This document shows, piece by piece, positions 1-8,197 of a stretch of DNA of 53,441 nt (position 1 is its first letter; every line of letters begins with the position of its first letter). Origin of the DNA: a virus (taxonomy: Duplodnaviria > Caudoviricetes). The stretch lies in the IMG/VR virus record IMGVR_UViG_3300027872_000008, positions 1 through 53,441 of that record. One strand, 5' to 3'. A program made the translations under genes and the position numbers. The notes under the pieces were generated by a model. The model was not told the origin of the DNA and made no database searches. It saw only the letters and a list, made by a program, of their open reading frames with translations.

Positions 1-91
1 GCAAGCCGGTGTCCCTCGTTCTGAGGGCACCGAAGATGTCTATGCCAGCCGACCGCTTGGTCAGAAAGTCGCGAAGACCGAACCCGAGCAT
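1..91 (-). CDS. 5' part of a hypothetical virion-region protein (truncated by window edge; same as start of 49465-50118)
   Basis: MLGFGLRDFLTKRSAG... is identical to the copy starting at 50118. Confidence 0.7.
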   Translation of the reverse strand, partial: MLGFGLRDFLTKRSAGIDIFGALRTRDTGL

Positions 92-685
92 TTACGTGAA
101 GACCTCAATGTCCTCCATGTGGAAGCGGAACGCGAGGCTCGCTTCGATGGGTCCACCAGTCGGGTTCTGATAGCCGAAGTAGGCGCTGTCCAGGCGGCCC
201 AAACGCACCGCGTTCTTCAGATCCAACGTGCCTGCGGGAACGGGCCGGAGGAACGACGCGACCTCCTCGCCGCCCGTGATCCCCGTGAGCCCCACCACGC
301 CCGCCTCGTCCCAGACCTCGGCCTCGACAGTCGCCTCTCTGGTCGAGGAGAAGTTCCGGTTCGACGCGACGATAGGTGTGTTGGCTCCGATGACAGCCAG
401 GACCGGGTTCTTCACCAGGAACAGGATCATGCCCGGTGCGCTCTCCGTGGCGGTGAAGCCGTCCGCGACCAGGATCTTCGACTCTGACAGATTCCTGACG
501 TAGAGGACGGGGCCTACATCGGCCGCCTTGACCGTGACCGTTCGGATGGCCTGGGAGGTGGCGAGCGTAAACGCCTCTCCCTGGCGTGAGGCGTCGGCCT
601 CCAGGGACTCCGAGATCGCCTCTGTCCGCAGCCGACCACCGGCTACCCGTGCGCCCTGTTCGGTGAGTGGATCTCTAATGAACAT
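92..685 (-). CDS. Hypothetical virion-region protein
   Basis: ATG at 685 (MFIRDPLTEQ); the frame is conserved in copy B (50119-50712). Confidence 0.8.
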   Translation of the reverse strand: MFIRDPLTEQGARVAGGRLRTEAISESLEADASRQGEAFTLATSQAIRTVTVKAADVGPVLYVRNLSESKILVADGFTATESAPGMILFLVKNPVLAVIGANTPIVASNRNFSSTREATVEAEVWDEAGVVGLTGITGGEEVASFLRPVPAGTLDLKNAVRLGRLDSAYFGYQNPTGGPIEASLAFRFHMEDIEVFT

Positions 686-839
686 CGTTTTCCATCTCCT
701 CGTCGGTTGCGACCTCCCAGTGCTTCTCAATCCTGAGTAGCACCTTCAGAATCTCCTCCAGCAGAGCCCTGGTTTTGTTCGCCTGATCGGCAATTCCTTG
801 CAGTACCTCTTCCGCGTCAGCTCCGGGATCGAAGCTCAC
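675..839 (-). CDS. Small acidic helical protein (54 aa), possible fibre chaperone
   Basis: GTG overlaps the upstream stop. SFDPGADAEEVLQGIADQANKTRALLEEILK...; frame conserved in copy B (50702-50866). Confidence 0.65.
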   Translation of the reverse strand: MSFDPGADAEEVLQGIADQANKTRALLEEILKVLLRIEKHWEVATDEEMENDVH

Positions 840-2146
840 TGGATCCACCACCCTGTGCCGTCACTGACCAGCGTGAACGACAGGTTGTTCCTCCGCAGGA
901 TGGCCTCCTCGAAGCCGTCGATCAGTTGCCCCATCACAGAGGGAGTTAACGTCACGAACGGCTCCATGAAACCAGAGCCGATGATTTTGAAGTGGAGCTG
1001 GTCCGTGAATCCGGCTGCGAAGTGGGCTGCTGCGTCTGGGATGAGGACCTCCACGGAGCCCAGGCTGATGTCCACGTTCAGGTGCCAGTCGGTCTCGACC
1101 AGGGTGTACGGAGTGTCCGCTGCGGTGATGGTGCGGATCCCTCGACGGACCTGGTCCTCCAGGGTCGTGACGCCCTCCACGTTGACCGTAGACTCGAACA
1201 CGGCAGCAGCCTGGAAGGTGGCGAGGTTCTGGAAGATCGCCGCCGCTTCGGCCGTGAAGAGACCCTCGACGTTGAGTGAGGACTCCATCACCACAGCGGC
1301 CTGGAACGTGGCGAGCGCCTGGAAGAGTGCAGCACCCTCGAACGTCGCGAGCCCCTGCACGTTGAGCGTGGACTCCATCACCACCGCCGCCTGGAACGTG
1401 GCCAGGGCCTCGAACACCGCAGCGCCCAGGAAGAACGACAGGCTCTCGGCCGTGAAGGTCCCACCGACCATCAGAGTCTCTATGACCTGGAGGTCTTCGT
1501 TGATGATCGCATCGCGGCCCACGAAGAGGTCCTGGAGGACGTCCAGGTCCCTCGGGAACACGTAGTCCCCCGTGAGCCCAGGGTTGCAGCCCCCACTCGT
1601 CCCGAAGACCCCAGGCAGGATGTTGCCAGCCAGGTTGCAGAGCGAGAACTGATACTGCTGGACGGCCGAGAGTGGGACCTGGCTGTCTAGGATTTGCCCG
1701 ACGATCTGGTTGAAGGAGATGGCACCACCACCAGCGGTTGGAGCCCCCCCGATCTCGGGCCGCCGGTCGATGTAGCTGTTGGCGACGAAGGACCCGTTCC
1801 TGGCGGCGATCTGGGCCATCGGGATGGATTCGAGGTAGGTGAATCCCGTCTGGTTCACGGTCACCTGGCCCGCGTCCGAGCGTTCGATGAAGTTGGTCCC
1901 GCCCTCCACCAGCGTCACGGAACCGTTCGGGATCAGGAGCCACCGATCCCCGGCGTCGATGTAGCCCCCATGGAAGGCGTACTTCAGGTTGAGCGAGGCG
2001 AAGCGGTTCCAGGAGAAGGGCCTGAAGACCATCGCCTCCAGGAGCCGCGTGATGCGGAAGACGCGCTGGGAGGCCAGGTCCTCGGCCGGGGCCTCCCAAC
2101 CGCTGGGGAACCCCTTCTCTGATACCTCTGAGCCGGAGAACGGCAT
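836..2146 (-). CDS. Tail fibre/spike-like protein with ~30-aa beta-repeat shaft
   Basis: Tandem ALATFQAAVVMESTLNVEG-type repeats; C-terminal LIDG...LVSDGTGWWI domain typical of fibre tips. Confidence 0.7.
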   Translation of the reverse strand: MPFSGSEVSEKGFPSGWEAPAEDLASQRVFRITRLLEAMVFRPFSWNRFASLNLKYAFHGGYIDAGDRWLLIPNGSVTLVEGGTNFIERSDAGQVTVNQTGFTYLESIPMAQIAARNGSFVANSYIDRRPEIGGAPTAGGGAISFNQIVGQILDSQVPLSAVQQYQFSLCNLAGNILPGVFGTSGGCNPGLTGDYVFPRDLDVLQDLFVGRDAIINEDLQVIETLMVGGTFTAESLSFFLGAAVFEALATFQAAVVMESTLNVQGLATFEGAALFQALATFQAAVVMESSLNVEGLFTAEAAAIFQNLATFQAAAVFESTVNVEGVTTLEDQVRRGIRTITAADTPYTLVETDWHLNVDISLGSVEVLIPDAAAHFAAGFTDQLHFKIIGSGFMEPFVTLTPSVMGQLIDGFEEAILRRNNLSFTLVSDGTGWWIQ

Positions 2147-2152
2147 GGTTCC

Positions 2153-3010
2153 CTAGTGGTAGAGGCCGAGAAGGACGCCGCTGATGTCACAGAAGTCGAG
2201 CACCGAGCCAGCCGGATCTCGCGTCGAGACACTGAGCTTCAGCCAGTTCTCACCGATGTGTTCGGTGGTGGGGATCTCTACGCTGACCTCCGTCCCGTTC
2301 CCGAGGAACGTCGCGTCTATCGTCGGCTGGTCCAGCTCGTAGAAGAAGGCCAGGCCATCTCCCTGCGGATCTAACGCGGGGAACGGCTCCCCGAGCGGAG
2401 CCCGGTTCCGAGCTGGTCGCACGAACTGGGCTTTGAGTTCACCGAAGTCCCCGGTCTGCTTGACCCGAATCCTGATGGAACTCCACTGCACGATGGGGAC
2501 GAACGCCTCTACTCCGTCCATACCGAAGGAGAGTGACGCGCCTCCAAAGCCCGTGCCCATAGTGTCCGAGACGAGGATGCTGTTGCCCGCGCTCCCCCGT
2601 GCGATGGCGAACACCAACATGGTGATGCCCGAACCGCTAGGGTTGATCTCGGCGGTGACGGTCGGGTGGAGCGTCATCGCCGCCGCGTAATCCGTGCCCG
2701 GCGTCCCTGTCAGGGTGAGCGCGGCTAGGACGTTGTCGTGTGTGAGTTCACGGGTCGCGGCGATCTGGATGTTGCCATCGACGTTGGTGAGGACCGTCTG
2801 CAACGTCCAAGTCTTCTCGTTAGGGCCGCCGTCGTCGATGGTGAACGTCTCGCCGTTGAGCGCGTTCGGATTCACGGAGAGCCCCGTGCTGGCCTGGCGG
2901 GTTGGCGTGTCCCAGAAGTCGAACCCCGTGCCCTGGCGGCCCCTGAAGGGGCTCCGTGCGACTCGCGCATCCGGCGACGGGATAACCAGCCGCGTTGGTT
3001 TCTCAGCCAT
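2153..3010 (-). CDS. Virion decoration-like protein (paralog family MAExPTRL...GENWLK...LLGLxH) with inserted domain
   Basis: Paralogous to 3023-3829, 52183-53040 and 53053-end. Confidence 0.7.
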   Translation of the reverse strand: MAEKPTRLVIPSPDARVARSPFRGRQGTGFDFWDTPTRQASTGLSVNPNALNGETFTIDDGGPNEKTWTLQTVLTNVDGNIQIAATRELTHDNVLAALTLTGTPGTDYAAAMTLHPTVTAEINPSGSGITMLVFAIARGSAGNSILVSDTMGTGFGGASLSFGMDGVEAFVPIVQWSSIRIRVKQTGDFGELKAQFVRPARNRAPLGEPFPALDPQGDGLAFFYELDQPTIDATFLGNGTEVSVEIPTTEHIGENWLKLSVSTRDPAGSVLDFCDISGVLLGLYH

Positions 3011-3022
3011 GATCGCCGCCGC

Positions 3023-3829
3023 CTAGTGGAAGAGTCCGAGGAGTTCGCCGCTGATGTCGAGGAAGCTGATGACCGCATTACTCGCCTCGGAGTCCACGGA
3101 GATCTTCAGCCAGTTCTCGCCTTGGTGTTCGGCAGCGGTGATCTCCAAGCTCTGCTCGACTCCATCCACAAGGGCTGTCGGACCCACCACGGCGGGCTGA
3201 TCGACGGTGTAGATTTCTGCGAGACCAGTAGACGCCACTTTGTCACGGGCGGGTCGAGCGAACTGCAGCGTGAGGCCCCCGTCCGCTCCGTCGAGTCTCA
3301 CCCGAACCCGCATCTGGCCCCATTGGACGATGGGCACGAACTGAACGGCCGCGTCTGGGTCCGCACCACCGGACAGTGTGGCTCCAGTCCAGACTGATCC
3401 AGCGTCCACGATGCCATCCACGGTGGTGATCGCATCGCCAGCGGTGCCGGTGAACTTCGCCGTCACCTCCATCGTGCTGCCTACCTCGTCGGTGGCTGAG
3501 ACGGTCGGATGGATCGTGGTTGCGGCTGCATACAGAATCCCGGCCTGGGCAGGGTCGAGGTTGATGGCAGCGACCAGGGCGTCCAGCGAAGCGTCTCCGT
3601 TGACGCCGATGATGAGGTCCCCGTCACCGACGCCGAGCACGGTGTTCCAGGTGTAGAGCTTGCCGTCGATGGTGACGGTCTCGCCGTTCAGGATGTTGGG
3701 GACGAGGGTGAGGGTGCTAACCGCTCCGGTTCCGCCTACTCCGAAGGGATCGTCCTTGCCTCCGAAGGGGCTCCGCGCCGATCTGGCGTCGGGGGAGGGC
3801 ACCGTTAGCCTGGTCGGTTGTTCAGCCAT
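3023..3829 (-). CDS. Virion decoration-like protein, paralog of 2153-3010
   Basis: Shares the N-terminus, FVPIVQW and EHQGENWLK motifs. Confidence 0.7.
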   Translation of the reverse strand: MAEQPTRLTVPSPDARSARSPFGGKDDPFGVGGTGAVSTLTLVPNILNGETVTIDGKLYTWNTVLGVGDGDLIIGVNGDASLDALVAAINLDPAQAGILYAAATTIHPTVSATDEVGSTMEVTAKFTGTAGDAITTVDGIVDAGSVWTGATLSGGADPDAAVQFVPIVQWGQMRVRVRLDGADGGLTLQFARPARDKVASTGLAEIYTVDQPAVVGPTALVDGVEQSLEITAAEHQGENWLKISVDSEASNAVISFLDISGELLGLFH

Positions 3830-3878
3830 GATGATACGCTCAGTTTTGTGGGTGGGTGGGAGTTAGCGTATGCCGTAC

Positions 3879-4163
3879 TTATAGCCGCTCCCGATCTGGC
3901 GGGCCAGGCATCCAGCCCTCCCCGGTGAGCTGGTCCACCGTCGCGCCCCGTCCCCAGAAGTGGATCCGCATCCTGCAGCGGAGGTCTCCGGGGATCTTGG
4001 CTGCCGCGTTGGCCAGGTGGTTGTTCACACCCCAGGCGGTGATGTCGAGCTTCTTCTGGATCGTGGCCCGGCTGTCCCCCCGGATGAGGAGCGCGGTCAC
4101 GATGTTCTCCATCGGCGTGAACGGCTCCAGGAGGGGGGCCCTACATCTCTGTTCCTTCGGCAT
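3879..4163 (-). CDS. LuxR/GerE-type HTH protein
   Basis: ENIVTALLIRGDSRATIQKKLDITAWGVNNHLANAAAKI matches the LuxR C-terminal HTH pattern. Confidence 0.6.
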   Translation of the reverse strand: MPKEQRCRAPLLEPFTPMENIVTALLIRGDSRATIQKKLDITAWGVNNHLANAAAKIPGDLRCRMRIHFWGRGATVDQLTGEGWMPGPPDRERL

Positions 4164-4539
4164 TGAGCATCCTCAGTGCTTCCTCGGTCGCCTGATCGAC
4201 GCTCAGAATCTGGCCTTCCTCACGCGCCTGGGCCATCAGCCATTCAACCCCGTTGTCGAGGGTCTCCGCAGTGAACTTCGCGTCCTCGGGCGTGGCCCGC
4301 CGCTTCTCCCCCGTCCCGGCGATCCCTTCGATCCGGTCGATGGCCGCCTCTATCGCGTCCTCCGCGTCGGGCTGCTCGAAGACGACAGCCTTCTTCAGCG
4401 GGGTGCCTCCGAAGGTCGTGTAGTTCTGGACGAAGATCCGCATCCGGCGCTCGCCCCACCAGAGCGAGATCGCGAAGAACGCCGCCGCCCACCCGACGAC
4501 GGCGAGCGCCAGGACACCGTTGGCCAGGTTCTCGCTCAC
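4141..4539 (-). CDS. Hypothetical membrane-anchored protein
   Basis: N-terminal TM segment (GVLALAVVGWAAAFFAISLWW); GTGA overlap with the terL stop. Confidence 0.65.
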   Translation of the reverse strand: MSENLANGVLALAVVGWAAAFFAISLWWGERRMRIFVQNYTTFGGTPLKKAVVFEQPDAEDAIEAAIDRIEGIAGTGEKRRATPEDAKFTAETLDNGVEWLMAQAREEGQILSVDQATEEALRMLNAEGTEM

Positions 4540-6065
4540 TGGAGCATCCCGTCCACGAGGAGGTCGTGATCCTCTTGCCAGGTGTTGCCCCTCCTGAGGG
4601 GCCCCGAGGTGTGCCTTCGCTTCTCCATCTCGTGCAGCAGAGTTGCCTTGCCGAAGGCTTTGACCTCCTGCTCTTTCCAGTTGCTCCGGGAGACCCCCGG
4701 CCGGGACGCGAGGGCGTAGCGGGTCTCGTCGTAGTCGTCGTCACCGCCGTCTCCGGTGATCGGATCCGCGTCCACCTTCAGAACGTCCTCGGGGTCGTCA
4801 GGGTTCGTCGTCATCGTCTCCAGCGAGTCGAAGCATCTCCGATTCCCCTCGTTGTCCATCATGTAGAAGTTGGGCTCGCCGTCGAACGGATCGCCGCCGT
4901 CTGCGTCGGGGATGATGCCCTTCCAGGCCACCTGCTCCCGGAAGTTCTTGAGCCCGGCGTAGCGAGCGATGTTGGCGTGGGTCAGGTAGATCTGGGCGTC
5001 CGCGAACCGCTCCTGGGTGGAGGGGGTCTCGTCGTCGTTGCGGGCCTTGTGGTGGGCCCAGCAGTCGTGCCCGGCGACGATGTAGCGGAGGTCTTGGACG
5101 TTGACGTGGTGGTTGATCGCGTCCGCGATCCGCCGGTCCGACATCAGGCGGCCCCGGAAGGTGTTGACCTTGTAGATCACGCCGTCCTCGTCCACCGCGT
5201 AGTGCCCGAAGACCCAGGGGTGGCTGAAGCCCCAGTCGAAGGATCCGAACTGGGTCCAGGTCGGGGGGATCCCGAAGGGCTCCAGGAAGTGGACGTCCTC
5301 GTCCAGCTCGTCCAGGCCCATGCCGAATCCGGCGTCCCAGTCCCCGTAGAGGAGCTGGCGTCGGAGCATATCGGGGAGGCTGAAGAGCTTCGCCATGTAG
5401 ACCGCGTCGTTGGCGTAGACCGGGTTGTCCGTCACGCGAGCTGGGATGAAGCGCCTGGACATCGTCGCCCTGAGGATCTGGCCGTCGAGGCCCGGCATCT
5501 CGTAGTCGTAACGGTAGATGTTCTCCCCACGTTTTCCACACTTGTTGATAAACCGCCGCTTGATCCACGGGTGGCCAGGCTTCCCTGGGTTGGCCGTGCC
5601 GCGCATCATCAGGATCACGTCGGGGTTCGGGCAGCGGTTCTCGGCCATGAGCATGACCCACACCCTCTCGTCCGCGACGTCGCCCACCTCATCGAATCCG
5701 ATGTAGGCCCACTCCTGGCCGTGGTAACGCTGGACCTCGTCCTTGGTCGAGCAGTAGCCGAACTGGAGGACGCCGCCTCCGGGGAAGGTCCAACGCTTGA
5801 GCCCGCCGTTCCAGTGGGGTGCGTTGGCCATCGACGGGAAGGCGAGCTGGCTGCGGTCGATCAGCTCCTGGACCTCGGGGAAGGTCTGCCGGAGGATGAG
5901 CGCCTTGTAGCGCGGGAGGGCCATCTGGGAGAGGGCCGCGAAGAGGATGGCGTCACTCTTCGCGCACCCCTTCGCGCCACCGTAGAGGACCTCTGTTTCG
6001 GTGCTGGCGCAGAACTGCCGTTGGGGCTCGCTGTTCGGAGCCCAGACTACACCCGGCTCATTCAC
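4536..6065 (-). CDS. terL: Terminase large subunit
   Basis: Walker A YGGAKGCAKS, Walker B YIGFDE, coupling motif GTANPG, RNase-H-like FDWG...D...D.YDETRY. Confidence 0.95.
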   Translation of the reverse strand: MNEPGVVWAPNSEPQRQFCASTETEVLYGGAKGCAKSDAILFAALSQMALPRYKALILRQTFPEVQELIDRSQLAFPSMANAPHWNGGLKRWTFPGGGVLQFGYCSTKDEVQRYHGQEWAYIGFDEVGDVADERVWVMLMAENRCPNPDVILMMRGTANPGKPGHPWIKRRFINKCGKRGENIYRYDYEMPGLDGQILRATMSRRFIPARVTDNPVYANDAVYMAKLFSLPDMLRRQLLYGDWDAGFGMGLDELDEDVHFLEPFGIPPTWTQFGSFDWGFSHPWVFGHYAVDEDGVIYKVNTFRGRLMSDRRIADAINHHVNVQDLRYIVAGHDCWAHHKARNDDETPSTQERFADAQIYLTHANIARYAGLKNFREQVAWKGIIPDADGGDPFDGEPNFYMMDNEGNRRCFDSLETMTTNPDDPEDVLKVDADPITGDGGDDDYDETRYALASRPGVSRSNWKEQEVKAFGKATLLHEMEKRRHTSGPLRRGNTWQEDHDLLVDGMLQ

Positions 6066-6352
6066 CGATGGCTGATCGCCTGGTTCGCCCAGAACATCGC
6101 CTCGGCGCAGTGCATGACCGCGTGATCCTTCTGGTCGCCCTCGGGGACGTGGTCCTCAATCGCCATGGCCAGGAGCCGGGCTCGCTCGCGGATCGTCTCT
6201 AGGGAGGCCCGCTGCCGGGTGCCGTTCTTGACCACGACCGGGCTGAAGAACTTCTCTATCGCCTGGATCCGCAGCCGCCTCGAAGCGGCCTGGTGGGGGG
6301 GTGCCTCTTCCTCCTGATCGGACATCGTCTCTTCGATTGCTGTGTCTCTCAT
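6062..6352 (-). CDS. Acb2/Tad1-hairpin-like protein (putative nucleotide-signal sponge)
   Basis: IRERARLLAMAIEDHVPEGDQKDHAVMHCAEAMFWANQAI resembles the helical hairpin (REKSLA.TKLEEA.MWAN.AI-like) of this family. Confidence 0.6.
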   Translation of the reverse strand: MRDTAIEETMSDQEEEAPPHQAASRRLRIQAIEKFFSPVVVKNGTRQRASLETIRERARLLAMAIEDHVPEGDQKDHAVMHCAEAMFWANQAISHR

Positions 6353-6359
6353 GGGTTCC

Positions 6360-6998
6360 TCAGTTGGCTACGACTAGAACGATGACGACCGCCACGACGG
6401 CGGCTCGCCCCTGTCTCCAGATCTGTGTGAGTGCTCCGGGGGATGCGGCCCGCTCCCAGGCGGCCGACTCCTGCATGGAGAGGGTCAGGGCCGTGTTGAG
6501 CCTGGTGATCTCGGTGGAGGCGGCCGTGCGCTCGCTGATGAGCTGCATCCCGAGGGTGCGCTCCCGCTGCTGGCCCGCGAAGATCTCAGCCGCACTCGTG
6601 GCCCGGAAGACGTCGTTGGCCGTCCGCTCCTCCTCCAGCTCCGTGGTGACCCGCTCCAGGGCAGCCTGGACGATGGGGAGGTCCGCTGCCGCGTTCCTGG
6701 CCGCCGCGAGGGCCTCGTCCGTCCCGGTCACGGCCTCCTCGACCGCCCCCTCCGCTTCCGTGATGATGGAGTCGGTGACCTCTTCGTTCCGATCCTGGAG
6801 GGCGATCAGGCTGTCACTCGTGGCCTTGACCAGCTCGTGGGCATCGGTGGCCACCTCGACGCTGTCGAGTGCGACTTCGAGCTGGTCAGCCAAGAGCCTG
6901 GCCTCCGCGCTGGCTGTAAAGTAACTGCGGCCTACGACAGCCAGGATGGCGAGGACCACGAGCTGGAAAGCCCACTGCGGGCCAGACGACGGAAGCAC
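6360..6998 (-). CDS. Membrane-anchored coiled-coil protein (spanin-like)
   Basis: N-terminal TM, long Ala/Glu coiled coil, C-terminal hydrophobic segment. Confidence 0.5.
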   Translation of the reverse strand: MLPSSGPQWAFQLVVLAILAVVGRSYFTASAEARLLADQLEVALDSVEVATDAHELVKATSDSLIALQDRNEEVTDSIITEAEGAVEEAVTGTDEALAAARNAAADLPIVQAALERVTTELEEERTANDVFRATSAAEIFAGQQRERTLGMQLISERTAASTEITRLNTALTLSMQESAAWERAASPGALTQIWRQGRAAVVAVVIVLVVAN

Positions 6999-7304
6999 CT
7001 AGTCCTTGCCGCCCCGGCCCAGGAGACCTTTGGCGATGTCACCGGCCTCCTTGACGTTGATGAAGCCGAAGCCGATCAGGGCCATCACGAACCCCAGGAT
7101 CGTCATCCAGATGTACCCGGTCACGAGGCCGGTGTAGGCGGCGATCACCGTGCCGACCGCACCCAGGACGATGCCCCCCTTGGTCTGGTTCCGGGCTCGC
7201 TTGGCCCGCTCCTCCCGCTTGGCGATCTCCTGCTGGACCTGTTCCTCGGTCAGCTCGTGAGGGCCGTTGTTGCGACTGTCTGTCGGCGGCATGGAGGGTG
7301 TCAT
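6999..7304 (-). CDS. Two-TM membrane protein (holin-like)
   Basis: Two hydrophobic helices with a charged C-terminus. Confidence 0.45.
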   Translation of the reverse strand: MTPSMPPTDSRNNGPHELTEEQVQQEIAKREERAKRARNQTKGGIVLGAVGTVIAAYTGLVTGYIWMTILGFVMALIGFGFINVKEAGDIAKGLLGRGGKD

Positions 7305-7458
7305 GGACTTCCTCGGTGGCGGTCGTCGTGTACGCGGAGGGGTGGAGCACGACCCCCGAGCCGTCTCCGCAGCTCCAGGGGGGCCTGCTTCCGGTGGAGC
7401 CCGTGGGCCCTGCGGTGTCTACGCCCTCGAAGGTCCAGGGGGGTCGGCCGGGTCCTGC

Positions 7459-7521
7459 TCACTTTCTCTTCTTCGTCTTGGGCTTCGGCCGCTTACGCTC
7501 CGGCGGTGTGTGCTTCGGCAT
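7459..7521 (-). CDS. 20-aa basic micropeptide MPKHTPPERKRPKPKTKKRK
   Basis: Strong RBS (CAGGAGG ttagcc ATG). Confidence 0.45.
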   Translation of the reverse strand: MPKHTPPERKRPKPKTKKRK

Positions 7522-7711
7522 GGCTAACCTCCTGTGCGAGAATCGGGCCGTGACGGCAACGACAAAACCGATACGGATCAGGGGGCCCGTACCACGAGGG
7601 GGGCACCCCCTTCAAGCGCAGCTCCTGGGAGCCACGGCCCTCAAAGAAACGGACGCCAGGAAGGTTTGCAAGACACGGCTCTCTCAAACCGTGGAGGAGC
7701 CGGTCGAAAGG

Positions 7712-8092
7712 TTAAGCCCCGGTCACCTCGGATGGATACGCGCCCGCACCACCCACCTTCCTGACGCCACTATCGCTGAAGATCTCGTAGGTCGGGCTCG
7801 TCTCCTTCAGACCCGCCTCCACGATCTCTCTATGCTCGTCCAGAACCCTTCTCATCTGCTGGTTCAGTTGCCGCTGCATCTCGGTCTTCCCGCCGCCACG
7901 GCCGCCCATCCAGTAGACCTTCTCCATCGCCGCCGGGGTGATCTCCATCGTGCCGATGAACCGCTTGTACTTGAGGACCCCGAGACGCTGGTATCGCGCC
8001 CAGGTGACCTCCGGTTTCCACAGCCCGGCCGCGACGACGGCCGCGACGGGCGCGGCCAGAATGGTCCTCAGGAATCCCCTTCGAGTCTTCAC
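7712..8092 (-). CDS. Small protein with twin-arginine-like N-terminus and capsid-/terminase-like peptide fragments
   Basis: GGAG RBS plus GTG; TRRGFL followed by a hydrophobic helix; GTMEIT and GGRGGGKT segments. Confidence 0.55.
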   Translation of the reverse strand: MKTRRGFLRTILAAPVAAVVAAGLWKPEVTWARYQRLGVLKYKRFIGTMEITPAAMEKVYWMGGRGGGKTEMQRQLNQQMRRVLDEHREIVEAGLKETSPTYEIFSDSGVRKVGGAGAYPSEVTGA

Positions 8093-8197
8093 GTCTTTCG
8101 CTCCCAGCTTGCACCCAGGTCGTTCACATCCTAGATCAACGATACGCGAGTTCATCCTGGGACGCCAGGGAAACATCACACCGAAAGGAGGCCCCCC

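Larger units (their letters stand above)
1..3400. repeat. Copy A of the diverged direct repeat (tail-fibre/decoration cassette)
   Basis: 1-127 is identical to 50028-50154; beyond that the copies are colinear and diverged, with the same gene order. Confidence 0.95.

Noticed and set aside
1-127. True terminal direct repeat of the virion DNA
   Set aside because: Identity stops at 127 bp within a gene and continues as diverged homology, which fits an assembly node better.
1-3400. Diversity-generating retroelement or invertible shufflon explaining the two cassette copies
   Set aside because: No reverse transcriptase or invertase. The copies are direct, and the differences are not adenine-specific.
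4566-6125. Long antisense ORFs (e.g. 4566-6125, 27340-30096, 31301-33085, 47293-48792, 16336-17640)
   Set aside because: Shadow frames of real genes in high-GC DNA, with no motifs or RBS.
7383-7400. SRP-RNA-like CCGGAAGCAG on the minus strand
   Set aside because: Lacks the conserved SRP helix-8 symmetric loop context.
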